Shown here: in pieces, positions 38,939 through 47,243 of the stretch | How positions within the stretch are numbered: the first letter of the stretch is position 1 | Layout: every line of letters begins with the position of its first letter | Made by a program: the position numbers and the translations under genes | Source: an uncultured Rikenellaceae bacterium | GTDB taxonomy: Bacteria; Bacteroidota; Bacteroidia; Bacteroidales; VadinHA17 | Reading direction: 5' to 3' | Length of the DNA: 64,000 nt | NCBI GenBank assembly: GCA_964633505.1 | Contig: CAZWHC010000003.1 | Coordinates: 317,613 to 381,612, forward strand | Notes under the pieces: generated by a model | The model's database searches: none | What the model saw: the letters and a program-made list of their open reading frames with translations, nothing else | What the model was told of the DNA's origin: nothing

Positions 38939-40342
38939 ATGAGTGGCTTTTTCGGGGTGGTTTCACGTACCAGCTGTGTTGAGGATGTATTTTATGGAAC
39001 AGATTATCATTCACATCTCGGAACCAAAAGGGCCGGGATGGTATTTATAGTCCCCGGAAAAGGTTTCAGACGCAGAATTCACAGCATCGAAAATTCATAT
39101 TTCCGGAATAAATTTGAGGATGACCTGAATACTTTCAAAGGAAATTCGGGAATGGGAATAATAAGCGACACCGACCCCCAGCCCATACTTTTCAACTCGC
39201 ATCTCGGACGTTTCGCAATAGTCACCGTAAGCAGGCTGCTGAATCTTGATGACCTTGAAAAAAGATTCCTTGAAAAGAAATACCACTTCACCGAGAATTT
39301 TGAAGGAAATATTAACCCTACCGAAGTTATTGCAAACCTTATCTGTGAAAAGGAGGATTTCATATCGGGCATCGAAAATGTCTTTGAAAATATTAAGGGT
39401 TCATGCTCATTGCTGATTCTTACGGAGGAGGGAATAATTGCAGTAAGGGACAAGCTTGGAAGAACACCAGTGGTGATCGGAAAAAAGGAAGGATCAATGG
39501 CTGTAGCCGTAGAAACATGTTCATTTCCCAATACCGGATATGAAACAGATTATTACCTCGGTCCGGGCGAAATAGTGAAAATTACCTCAGACGGATATAC
39601 AAGGCTTAAGGATCCGGGCGACAAAATGCAGATCTGTGCGTTCCTTTGGGTTTATTATGGTTATCCCCCTTCATACTATGAGGGCATAAATGTTGACGAA
39701 TGCCGTAACCGCTGCGGTGCAGCTCTTGCAAGACGAGACGATGTTGAAGCTGATCTCGTATGCGGAATTCCCGATTCGGGAGTAGGCCATGCCATTGGAT
39801 ACAGCAATGAAAAAGGTATTCCGTATAAACGTGCATATTCGAAATACACGCCTACCTGGCCAAGGAGTTTCATGCCTCAGAACCAGGAGATGAGAGATCT
39901 GGTGGCTAAGATGAAACTGATACCAAATAAGGCAGTTATCGAAGGAAAAAGGATGGTCTTTCTCGACGACAGCATTGTACGCGGTACGCAGCTCAAAGAC
40001 AATACAATTGACCTTCGGAAATCGGGAGCTGCCGAGGTACATATGCGAATTGCATGCCCGCCATTGTTATATCCCTGTCAGTTCCTGAATTTTTCACAGT
40101 CAAGAACTCCTCTCGAACTTGCAGGCAGGAAAGCCGTTCATCAGCTCGAAGGAGATAATGAGGACCTTGCAGAATATTCAGATCCGGATTCCGAAAAGCA
40201 CAGGAAGATGGTGGGAAAAATCGCGGAGACTCTTAACCTCGACAGCCTCATGTATCAGCGTCTTGATGATCTGGTGGAAGCAATAGGGTTGCCGAAGGAA
40301 AAACTCTGTACTCATTGCTGGGACGGTTCAGGTTATTTCTGA
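38939..40342 (+). CDS. amidophosphoribosyltransferase-like protein (class II GATase fold + PRT domain) lacking the N-terminal Cys
   Basis: 467 aa. PRPP-binding loop is 'VFLDDSIVRGTQ'. The N-terminus is 'MSGFFGV' instead of 'MCG(I/V)'. The C-terminal Cys pattern is 'CTHCWDG'. Confidence 0.75.
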   Translation: MSGFFGVVSRTSCVEDVFYGTDYHSHLGTKRAGMVFIVPGKGFRRRIHSIENSYFRNKFEDDLNTFKGNSGMGIISDTDPQPILFNSHLGRFAIVTVSRLLNLDDLEKRFLEKKYHFTENFEGNINPTEVIANLICEKEDFISGIENVFENIKGSCSLLILTEEGIIAVRDKLGRTPVVIGKKEGSMAVAVETCSFPNTGYETDYYLGPGEIVKITSDGYTRLKDPGDKMQICAFLWVYYGYPPSYYEGINVDECRNRCGAALARRDDVEADLVCGIPDSGVGHAIGYSNEKGIPYKRAYSKYTPTWPRSFMPQNQEMRDLVAKMKLIPNKAVIEGKRMVFLDDSIVRGTQLKDNTIDLRKSGAAEVHMRIACPPLLYPCQFLNFSQSRTPLELAGRKAVHQLEGDNEDLAEYSDPDSEKHRKMVGKIAETLNLDSLMYQRLDDLVEAIGLPKEKLCTHCWDGSGYF

Positions 40343-40395
40343 TTCACCTTCATTTGGTTTATCTCATATTTGTTTTAACCCCCAGAGTCGTTTTG

Positions 40396-40470
40396 CCCCC
40401 CGACCCCCCTAAAGGGGGGCTAAGACAATGTATGTCAGGTTTTTAGCCCCCCTTTAGGGGGGTTGGGGGG
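40396..40470. repeat. 75-nt compound inverted repeat (28-nt arms, each with a CCCCCC-TAAA-GGGGGG hairpin, and a 19-nt spacer)
   Basis: Arms are 40396-40423 (ccccccgacccccctaaaggggggctaa) and 40443-40470 (ttagcccccctttaggggggttgggggg). They are reverse complements at 27/28 positions. The element lies between convergent stops. Confidence 0.85.
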
Positions 40471-40474
40471 TAAA

Positions 40475-41284
40475 CTACTCCTTATTCACCATAGCCTCAA
40501 TAGTTTTCTGATTGTCAGGATCATTAAGCTTTTTTAATGTTTCCTTATAACCTATCTCAAAAACCTCGACAGCTTTTTCAGGATCCAGGATTTTATATTT
40601 CTTAAGTTCCTGGGGAGCAATGAAAATGTCAAATTTATGGGTTTTATGGTCGAGTTCCTTCGACATGTTCAGCATAAAAGCACGTTCAGCTATCTGTACA
40701 AGGCTTGTCACTGTCTCTTCATAACCCACCGGATTCACAAACGAACCTATGAGGAACCTGCAGAGATCCTCAATTGGCTTTACCGGAAGATTATCCATCA
40801 CCCCGCCGTCGACATAATGTATTTTATCGATTATTACAGGCGTGAAAAGTACCGGAATGCTTGCCGATGCAATAACCGGTTTTAAAAGTTCCCCTTCGGA
40901 AAAATAAACAGCCCGGCCATGATTAAGATCGGTAGCCGTAACGAATAGAGGCAGTTTAAGATCCTCAAAATTTTTTGCTTTCAGGTTATCCTGCAGAATT
41001 TTTTCTATTCCCGAAATTTGGAGCAGACCCTCCCTGGGAACAGTAGGCCTCACATAATGAAGGGTACTTGACGCATTCATAAGGACGAGTATCTCATCGG
41101 GAGTATATCCATCGGCATAGAGTACGCCTACCAGAGCTCCGGCGCTTGTTCCTGCAATAATCTCAGGATATATGCCTGCCTCATTAAGGGCTTTAAGAAC
41201 CCCAAGATGAGCAAAACCTCTCGCTCCGCCCCCGCTCAGGACCACCCCCGTAGTATATTTTTTCCGGCCTGCTTCTGTAATCAT
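40475..41284 (-). CDS. patatin-like phospholipase
   Basis: Start moved to the ATG at 41284 (MITEAGRKKY...). Has 'LSGGGARGFAHLGVLKAL', 'GTSAGA' (GxSxG) and 'DGGVMDNLP'. The 90-aa N-terminal extension in the track ORF overlaps mntH and looks non-coding. Confidence 0.85.
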   Translation of the reverse strand: MITEAGRKKYTTGVVLSGGGARGFAHLGVLKALNEAGIYPEIIAGTSAGALVGVLYADGYTPDEILVLMNASSTLHYVRPTVPREGLLQISGIEKILQDNLKAKNFEDLKLPLFVTATDLNHGRAVYFSEGELLKPVIASASIPVLFTPVIIDKIHYVDGGVMDNLPVKPIEDLCRFLIGSFVNPVGYEETVTSLVQIAERAFMLNMSKELDHKTHKFDIFIAPQELKKYKILDPEKAVEVFEIGYKETLKKLNDPDNQKTIEAMVNKE

Positions 41285-41292
41285 AAAAGTAT

Positions 41293-42585
41293 TTAATTGA
41301 ATATCAAAGAAAAGAGCAGCCTTACATTCAGATATGCAACAAAGACAGCAATAATGAGCAGCAGAATTTTCATAAATCTTGTGTTTGCATATTTTCCCAT
41401 CACTTTTTTTGATGATGTAAGATATACCTGGATGCCGACGGTAAAGGGCAGCTGGATACTTAGGAAGACCTGTGAGTAAATAAGCCCCTTGAAAGGATCG
41501 CCGATGAAGAAAATTATTATCAGCGCTCCGATGAGTGATATCAGCACACCCCATCTGGAATGGTTGTCCCTGATATCATATGGTTCACCCGATATCCCGG
41601 AGGCTATTGAACCTCCTGCCATCGCTGATGTTATAGATGAAGATATGCCTGAGAACAGCAGAGCCAGTGCAAAAACAACCGAGGCATTATTGCCGAGTAA
41701 AGGTCTTAAAAGACTTTCAGCCTGCTGGAGTTCATTCACCTCGATTCTGTTTTGGAAGAAAGTAGCTGCAGCAAGTATTATCATTGCGCTGTTTATCGCC
41801 CAGCCTACTATCATCGAAAAGAAGGTATCGGCAAATTCGTATTTAAGCTGTTTCCTTATGATCTTATCCTCCTGAAGGTTCCACTGACGGCTCTGTATCA
41901 CCTCGGAGTGGAGGAACAGGTTATGAGGCATTACCACAGCTCCGAGAACGCTCATGAGAAGAAGCATCGATCCATCGGGTATTGAAGGTTTTACCCACGA
42001 AATGCCTGCTGTGGCCCAGTCGACATCGACAAGGAAAATCTCATAGAGGAATGATATTCCGATTATTGATACAAATCCGATTATCCATTTTTCAATTTTC
42101 TGGTATGAATGAGTGAATATCATTATCAGAACGAAAACAGTTATAAGCAATGCTCCAATTTTCAATGGGATATCAAAGAGCATCTCGAGGGCAATAGCCC
42201 CGCCAAGTATTTCAGCAAGAGAAGTTGCAACCGATGCCATGACGGCAAAATAAAGAATTGGTTTCGAAACAGCCGGCCGTATATGGATTGTCGCAGCTTC
42301 GGCAAGGCAAAGGCCTGAAGCTATCCCAAGATGCGCCACATTATGCTGAAGGAGAACAAGCATTATTGTCGAAAGGGTAACAATCCAGAGGAGGGTATAT
42401 CCATATGAAGACCCTGATGCAATGTTTGCAGCCCAGTTCCCCGGATCGGTGAAACCAACAGTCACGAGTAATCCCGGACCTATATATTTCAATATGTCGA
42501 GGGCTCCGAATGAAGGTTTGTGATCCTTTCTCCTCAGATCCCTGAAAAATCGGACAGGATTTAATAATGTCTTTAAACTCTCCAT
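41293..42585 (-). CDS. mntH: Nramp-family divalent metal (Mn2+/Fe2+) transporter
   Basis: 430 aa. Has 'GPGLLVTVGFTDPGNWA' (DPGN motif) and 'LGAVVMPHNLFLHS' (MPH motif). Confidence 0.9.
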   Translation of the reverse strand: MESLKTLLNPVRFFRDLRRKDHKPSFGALDILKYIGPGLLVTVGFTDPGNWAANIASGSSYGYTLLWIVTLSTIMLVLLQHNVAHLGIASGLCLAEAATIHIRPAVSKPILYFAVMASVATSLAEILGGAIALEMLFDIPLKIGALLITVFVLIMIFTHSYQKIEKWIIGFVSIIGISFLYEIFLVDVDWATAGISWVKPSIPDGSMLLLMSVLGAVVMPHNLFLHSEVIQSRQWNLQEDKIIRKQLKYEFADTFFSMIVGWAINSAMIILAAATFFQNRIEVNELQQAESLLRPLLGNNASVVFALALLFSGISSSITSAMAGGSIASGISGEPYDIRDNHSRWGVLISLIGALIIIFFIGDPFKGLIYSQVFLSIQLPFTVGIQVYLTSSKKVMGKYANTRFMKILLLIIAVFVAYLNVRLLFSLIFN

Positions 42586-42692
42586 TTTAGTCCGGATATC
42601 AGAACAGCAAATATAATCAATGATTACCGACTCTGAAAAAAACTATATTTGACTAAATTTGAAAGGTTATCAGAATTTAAAAACTTCACTTT

Positions 42693-42983
42693 ATGCAATT
42701 CCTGCTCGTAGCTTTCGATGGTACTGATCCGGAGGCGCTGGAAAGAAGAATGAAAGTGCGTCCCGCTCATCTTGCTTATGTTGCCACCCTTAAAAGATCA
42801 GGTCAGTTCAGATTTGGAGGAGCGATCCTCGACGATGATGGACTTATGGCCGGATCGATGATAGTTTATGAATTTCCCGACCGACAGGCTCTTGACGAAT
42901 ACCTTAAATCAGAACCCTATATTACAGGAGATGTCTGGAGGAAAATAGATATACGTCCTTTCAGGCTTGCTCACATTGAATGA
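42693..42983 (+). CDS. YciI-family protein
   Basis: 96 aa. 'RMKVRPAHLAYV..L...G.....GA..D' plus the C-terminal 'DP....G....I.I.PF' are YciI-like. Confidence 0.75.
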   Translation: MQFLLVAFDGTDPEALERRMKVRPAHLAYVATLKRSGQFRFGGAILDDDGLMAGSMIVYEFPDRQALDEYLKSEPYITGDVWRKIDIRPFRLAHIE

Positions 42984-43897
42984 AAATTATAATTAATCTT
43001 AATCCTTATTTTATGAAAAAACTCTTTCTCATTCTCGTATTATTTTTGCCGGCTGTCATATTAATGTCCCAGCAGGCAAATCCTGAAAATCTGCCATTTA
43101 AAATGGAAGAACTGACATCACCCAGGTTCAGCAAGGCTGTCGAACTGGCCGGAGGAGTATGCGTGATTCCCATGGGAGTTATTGAAAAGCACGGTCCGCA
43201 CCTGCCTCTCGGAACCGACATGTTTGAGGCGAGGGAAGTAGCATTCAGGGCAGCTCAGAAAGAATATGCCGTGGTGTTTCCTCCTTACTACATGAGCCAG
43301 ATATTTGAAGCAAGGCACCAGCCCGGGACAATAGCCTACAGCAATGATCTTTTATGGCAGATGCTTGAAGAGACCTGCAGGGAGCTCTCAAGAAACGGAC
43401 TGAAAAAAATAATTATCAAGAACGGACACGGCGGAAACACAAGCTTTCTTCAATATTTCTGCCAATCGCAGCTTGCAAGCCGGAAGGATTATATTGTTGT
43501 CTTATTCAGAGACGGGAATGATCAGGTAAACGGTCCAGAAATAAAATCATTGAAAAAGGCAAAAATCGACGGTCATGCCGGAGAGGAAGAAACATCAATG
43601 ATGTCGGTTATCAGGCCTGATCTGGTCGACAAGGATGCAATAAAAACCCAGTCAGGTCTTACACAGGGCAGACTCGACCTTATGCCGTTCGGCTACACCG
43701 GGATCTGGTGGTTTGCCGACTATCCCAATCACTATGCAAGCGATGTTGCCCAGCCTGACCTTAAACTCGGTCAGCTCCTGCTCGACAGTGAAGCCGGACA
43801 GCTTGCCACGCTTATAAAGTACCTGAAAAACAATAACACCATTGAAGATCTTCAGGAGGAGTTCAATAAAAGAGCTGATAATCCGCTGAATAAATAA
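42980..43897 (+). CDS. creatininase-fold amidohydrolase with signal peptide
   Basis: The probable start is the ATG at 43013 (MKKLFLILVLFLPAVILMSQQ). Has 'IPMGVIEKHGPHLPLGTD', 'NGHGGN' and 'DGHAGEEETS'. Confidence 0.7.
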   Translation: MKIIINLNPYFMKKLFLILVLFLPAVILMSQQANPENLPFKMEELTSPRFSKAVELAGGVCVIPMGVIEKHGPHLPLGTDMFEAREVAFRAAQKEYAVVFPPYYMSQIFEARHQPGTIAYSNDLLWQMLEETCRELSRNGLKKIIIKNGHGGNTSFLQYFCQSQLASRKDYIVVLFRDGNDQVNGPEIKSLKKAKIDGHAGEEETSMMSVIRPDLVDKDAIKTQSGLTQGRLDLMPFGYTGIWWFADYPNHYASDVAQPDLKLGQLLLDSEAGQLATLIKYLKNNNTIEDLQEEFNKRADNPLNK

Positions 43898-43916
43898 CTT
43901 ATAAATACCAGAAGAA

Positions 43917-45473
43917 ATGAAAAACCTCGGAACTTTTGTTATGATTATAGCAGCTGCCATGATCATCCCTGCTTCCTGCAAGTCCAAAGTGTCTTCCGAT
44001 CTGACAAAGACTGCCATCATTCCCAGACCGGTTACTGTTACCGCAACAGGTGAAGCTTTTACGATAAACGCCAAGACAGCCATTTTCGTTGATGCCGGAT
44101 CGGATGAAATCCTAAAGACCGGCCAGTACCTGGCTGAAAAACTCAATGCTGCTACCGGACTTGCAGTTACTGCAAATGAAGCTAAGGCAGAACCCGCGAA
44201 AGGAAGCATATTTCTCACCCTGTCGGGCGCTGACCAGAATCTGGGTGAGGAGGGATATACGCTTACCATTACCAGGGAGCAGGTAAAACTAACGGCTGCA
44301 AAACCGGCCGGACTCTTCAGGGGAATACAAACCATCAGACAGACAGTATCAAAAGATACAGTATCCGGGAAACCAGGCATGTTCATAATACCTACCGGCA
44401 CAATAACCGACTATCCTGAATATTCATACAGGTCGATGATGCTCGATGTATCACGCCACTTTTTCGGCGTTGAGGATGTAAAACAGGTTATCGAATACCT
44501 GGCTTTCTATAAGATCAATACATTTCATCTCCACCTTTCCGACGACCAGGGCTGGAGGATAGAGATCAAATCATGGCCCAATCTCACCGCACACGGAGGC
44601 AGCACCCAGGTAGGAGGGGGGAAGGGCGGCTTTTATACCCAGGAGCAGTATTCCGATATAGTTAAGTTCGCTGCCGACCGTTACATTACAATAGTTCCGG
44701 AAATAGACATGCCAGGGCATACCAATGCTGCACTTTCATCATATCCCGAACTGAACTGCAACGGCAAGGCTCCGGACCTGTACACAGGGACAGAGGTTGG
44801 ATTCAGCTCCCTGTGCACTAAAAAAGAGATCACCTATACCTTCATTGATGATGTTGTGAGGGAAATTTCAGCGCTGACACCCGGCCCGTTCTTTCATATA
44901 GGAGGCGATGAGTCGCATGCGACAAAAGTTGAGGATTATATTCCTTTCATAAACAGGGTGCAGGATATCGTGGCTAAATATGGAAAGCAGGTTATTGGCT
45001 GGGACGAGATCGCCCTTTCGACCCTTAAACCGAATTCAGTAGCACAGTGCTGGGCAAGTGAGGAGAATGCTAAAAAGGCAACTGCACAGGGTGCAAAGAT
45101 ACTGATGTCGCCTGCTAAAAAAGCCTATATCGATATGCAGTACGACAGTACAACACATATCGGTCTTCACTGGGCTGCCTATATTGAAGTTGATGACTGC
45201 TATAACTGGGATCCTGCCACCTATATTCCCGGCGTGGCGAAGGAAAACATTATCGGTGTCGAAGCTCCCATGTGGGCTGAAACCATTACAAAACTCGATG
45301 ATATTGAGTACCTGATGTTCCCCAGGCTCGCCGGCATTGCTGAAATAGGATGGACCCCGGCCTCAATGAGAAACTGGGATGAATATAAAACCCGCCTTGC
45401 TTCACATGCGGATTGGTTTGATGCGATGGGGATAAACTATTATAAGTCGCCCAGAGTGCCGTGGATGAAATAA
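43917..45473 (+). CDS. GH20 beta-N-acetylhexosaminidase, lipoprotein
   Basis: 518 aa with lipobox 'IPASC'. Has 'YRSMMLDVSRHF', 'NTFHLHLSDDQGWRIE', 'PEIDMPGH' and 'HIGGDE' (catalytic D-E). Confidence 0.9.
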   Translation: MKNLGTFVMIIAAAMIIPASCKSKVSSDLTKTAIIPRPVTVTATGEAFTINAKTAIFVDAGSDEILKTGQYLAEKLNAATGLAVTANEAKAEPAKGSIFLTLSGADQNLGEEGYTLTITREQVKLTAAKPAGLFRGIQTIRQTVSKDTVSGKPGMFIIPTGTITDYPEYSYRSMMLDVSRHFFGVEDVKQVIEYLAFYKINTFHLHLSDDQGWRIEIKSWPNLTAHGGSTQVGGGKGGFYTQEQYSDIVKFAADRYITIVPEIDMPGHTNAALSSYPELNCNGKAPDLYTGTEVGFSSLCTKKEITYTFIDDVVREISALTPGPFFHIGGDESHATKVEDYIPFINRVQDIVAKYGKQVIGWDEIALSTLKPNSVAQCWASEENAKKATAQGAKILMSPAKKAYIDMQYDSTTHIGLHWAAYIEVDDCYNWDPATYIPGVAKENIIGVEAPMWAETITKLDDIEYLMFPRLAGIAEIGWTPASMRNWDEYKTRLASHADWFDAMGINYYKSPRVPWMK

Positions 45474-45477
45474 TGAT

Positions 45478-45559
45478 ATTTCGGATTTCGGATTTGTGAT
45501 TTCGGATTTATATCCTCTGGATTTCATCATTCCGAAATCAAAATTCCGAAATCCGAAAT
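45478..45559. repeat. long inverted repeat built from ATTTCGG heptamers (29-nt arms, 27/29 complementary, 24-nt loop)
   Basis: Left arm 45478-45506 is atttcggatttcggatttgtgatttcgga. Right arm 45531-45559 is tccgaaatcaaaattccgaaatccgaaat. It starts 5 nt after the GH20 stop and ends 15 nt before the esterase ATG. Confidence 0.85.
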
Positions 45560-45573
45560 TAATACCCAATTAT

Positions 45574-46506
45574 ATGAAGAAAGTATCATTTGTTACAATT
45601 TTACTGTCGGTTCTGACAGTTTTAACTATTAATGGTCAGCCTCAGGTGTTAAAATTATGGCCCGACGGCATTCCTGGATCTAAAAACGATCCTTCATATG
45701 TCGAAAATATAATCACAACCGAAGGCAGGGTAACGCGTGCCAATAACGTTGTAACTCCCGATCTTACGGTATGTCTTCCCGATCCTGCCACAGCAAACGG
45801 GGCTGCAGTTCTGATATGCCCCGGCGGCGGATATGGAACCCTGGCTTTTGACCACGAGGGGAATGCCATTGCCCAATGGCTTAACGACAACGGGATAGCC
45901 GGGATTATCCTGAAATACAGGCTTCCGTCAGCCAGGATAATGGCTGATAAATCAACAGGTCCTTTGCAGGACGCACAGGAAGCCATGAGGGTGATTCGCA
46001 GGAATGCCGCTTCATGGAAGATAGATCCGGGAAAGGTCGGAGTGATAGGATTCTCTGCCGGCGGACACCTTGCATCCACTATTTCCACACACTATGCCGA
46101 CAAGGTGTATGAGGTGAAGGACAATATCAGCGCCAGGCCTGACTTCTCTTTGCTCATCTACCCTGTTATTACAATGGATACCACATTTACCCACAGGGGA
46201 ACCCGTAACAATCTGATCGGTCCCGATCCGACTGAGAAAAATGTTTTTCGTTTTTCAAACGAAAAGCAGGTTAATGCTGAAACGCCTCCTGCATTTCTTG
46301 TTCATTCGAGCGACGACAATGCAGTGCCTGTCCTGAACAGCATCAGCTATTATGAAGCACTGGTCAGGAACAAGGTAGCTGCCGAATTACATATATTTCA
46401 GAAAGGAGGCCATGGTTACGGGCTTGCTCCCAAAGGAGGCACCGAATCATCATGGCCCGGCCTGTGTTTAATTTGGCTTAAAAAGAATAAAATTATTGCA
46501 GAATAA
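45574..46506 (+). CDS. secreted alpha/beta-hydrolase esterase (HSL/BD-FAE-like)
   Basis: Start moved to the ATG at 45574 (MKKVSFVTILLSVLTVL). Has oxyanion 'CPGGGY', nucleophile 'GFSAGGHL', and 'D..VP' plus 'GGHGYG' near the C-terminus. Confidence 0.75.
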   Translation: MKKVSFVTILLSVLTVLTINGQPQVLKLWPDGIPGSKNDPSYVENIITTEGRVTRANNVVTPDLTVCLPDPATANGAAVLICPGGGYGTLAFDHEGNAIAQWLNDNGIAGIILKYRLPSARIMADKSTGPLQDAQEAMRVIRRNAASWKIDPGKVGVIGFSAGGHLASTISTHYADKVYEVKDNISARPDFSLLIYPVITMDTTFTHRGTRNNLIGPDPTEKNVFRFSNEKQVNAETPPAFLVHSSDDNAVPVLNSISYYEALVRNKVAAELHIFQKGGHGYGLAPKGGTESSWPGLCLIWLKKNKIIAE

Positions 46507-46757
46507 GACATTTCTTCGGTTGACCTTACCCGCCTTGAAATACCCTTCAGAGTAACAAATCATAATATTTGTTAATTAAACAGCATTTTGGTAAAATATT
46601 TTTATCAAAATACTGTTTTTTGTTCTGAATGATACTTGAATCTGTCGCAATACATAATACTGTTAAATTTTTAACATTTTTGATGCCGATGAAAGTCACT
46701 GACAGTTGCAAGCTGAATGAATACTGTTATAAATATTAATATTTTAATTTATTAATT

Positions 46758-47225
46758 ATGAGTAGTTTATGTCGTTTGTTCAAATCAGGCATTTTGTTAT
46801 GTCTTTTATTTTGTTCCACCTCGCATATCGTAAAAGGTCAGATAAACAAACTTGTGGTCGTCGATCCTCTGGTTTCAGCCAGAAGTGCAGAGATAATCAG
46901 AAACAACCCGACGGCAAAGGTCATTATCCTGCCCGATAATGGAAACCCTCTTCAGCTGATAGCTGAGGAAATAAAGAAAGCGTCGTACGATCAACTTCAT
47001 TTGTATCTGCTTACCAAACCAGGATCTGTAATTTTTGATGAAATAAACATTATTCCTGAGAATGTACAGGAATTTTCAGCTGACTTCATGGCATGGAAAA
47101 ATTTCCTTAAAAGTGAAGCTGTTATATATATACACTCCGACAATCTTACATCCATACCTGAAGGGAAAAATATTGTTGACAGCATAAGTTCCTTTACCGG
47201 GAAAAAAGTACTTGTGGAAAAATAA
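46758..47225 (+). CDS. small secreted DUF4347-like protein
   Basis: 155 aa with a signal peptide. 'LVVVDPLV......KVIILPDNGNPLQLIAEEI....YDQLHLYLLTKPGSVIFDEINIIPENVQEFSADFMAW......AVIYIHSDN' follows the DUF4347 pattern normally found at the N-terminus of giant adhesins. Confidence 0.55.
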   Translation: MSSLCRLFKSGILLCLLFCSTSHIVKGQINKLVVVDPLVSARSAEIIRNNPTAKVIILPDNGNPLQLIAEEIKKASYDQLHLYLLTKPGSVIFDEINIIPENVQEFSADFMAWKNFLKSEAVIYIHSDNLTSIPEGKNIVDSISSFTGKKVLVEK

Positions 47226-47243
47226 ACTCTGAAACCTGACTTT

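Noticed and set aside
40396-40470. Interpreting the G/C-tract elements as small protein-coding genes or tRNA fragments
   Set aside because: There is no ORF with a plausible start, the arms are self-complementary, and there is no tRNA-like acceptor/anticodon architecture. The position at gene 3' ends fits a structural DNA/RNA element.
41285-41554. N-terminal 90-aa extension of the patatin ORF
   Set aside because: It overlaps the 3' end of mntH on the same strand. It is Cys/Tyr/Lys-rich and lies upstream of a good ATG that gives a normal patatin N-terminus (…VVLSGGGARG).
43652-44401. 249-aa minus-strand ORF
   Set aside because: It is antisense to the 3' end of the creatininase-like gene and the 5' part of the GH20 gene. 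Its Ala/Ser/Val-rich sequence is typical of antisense frames.
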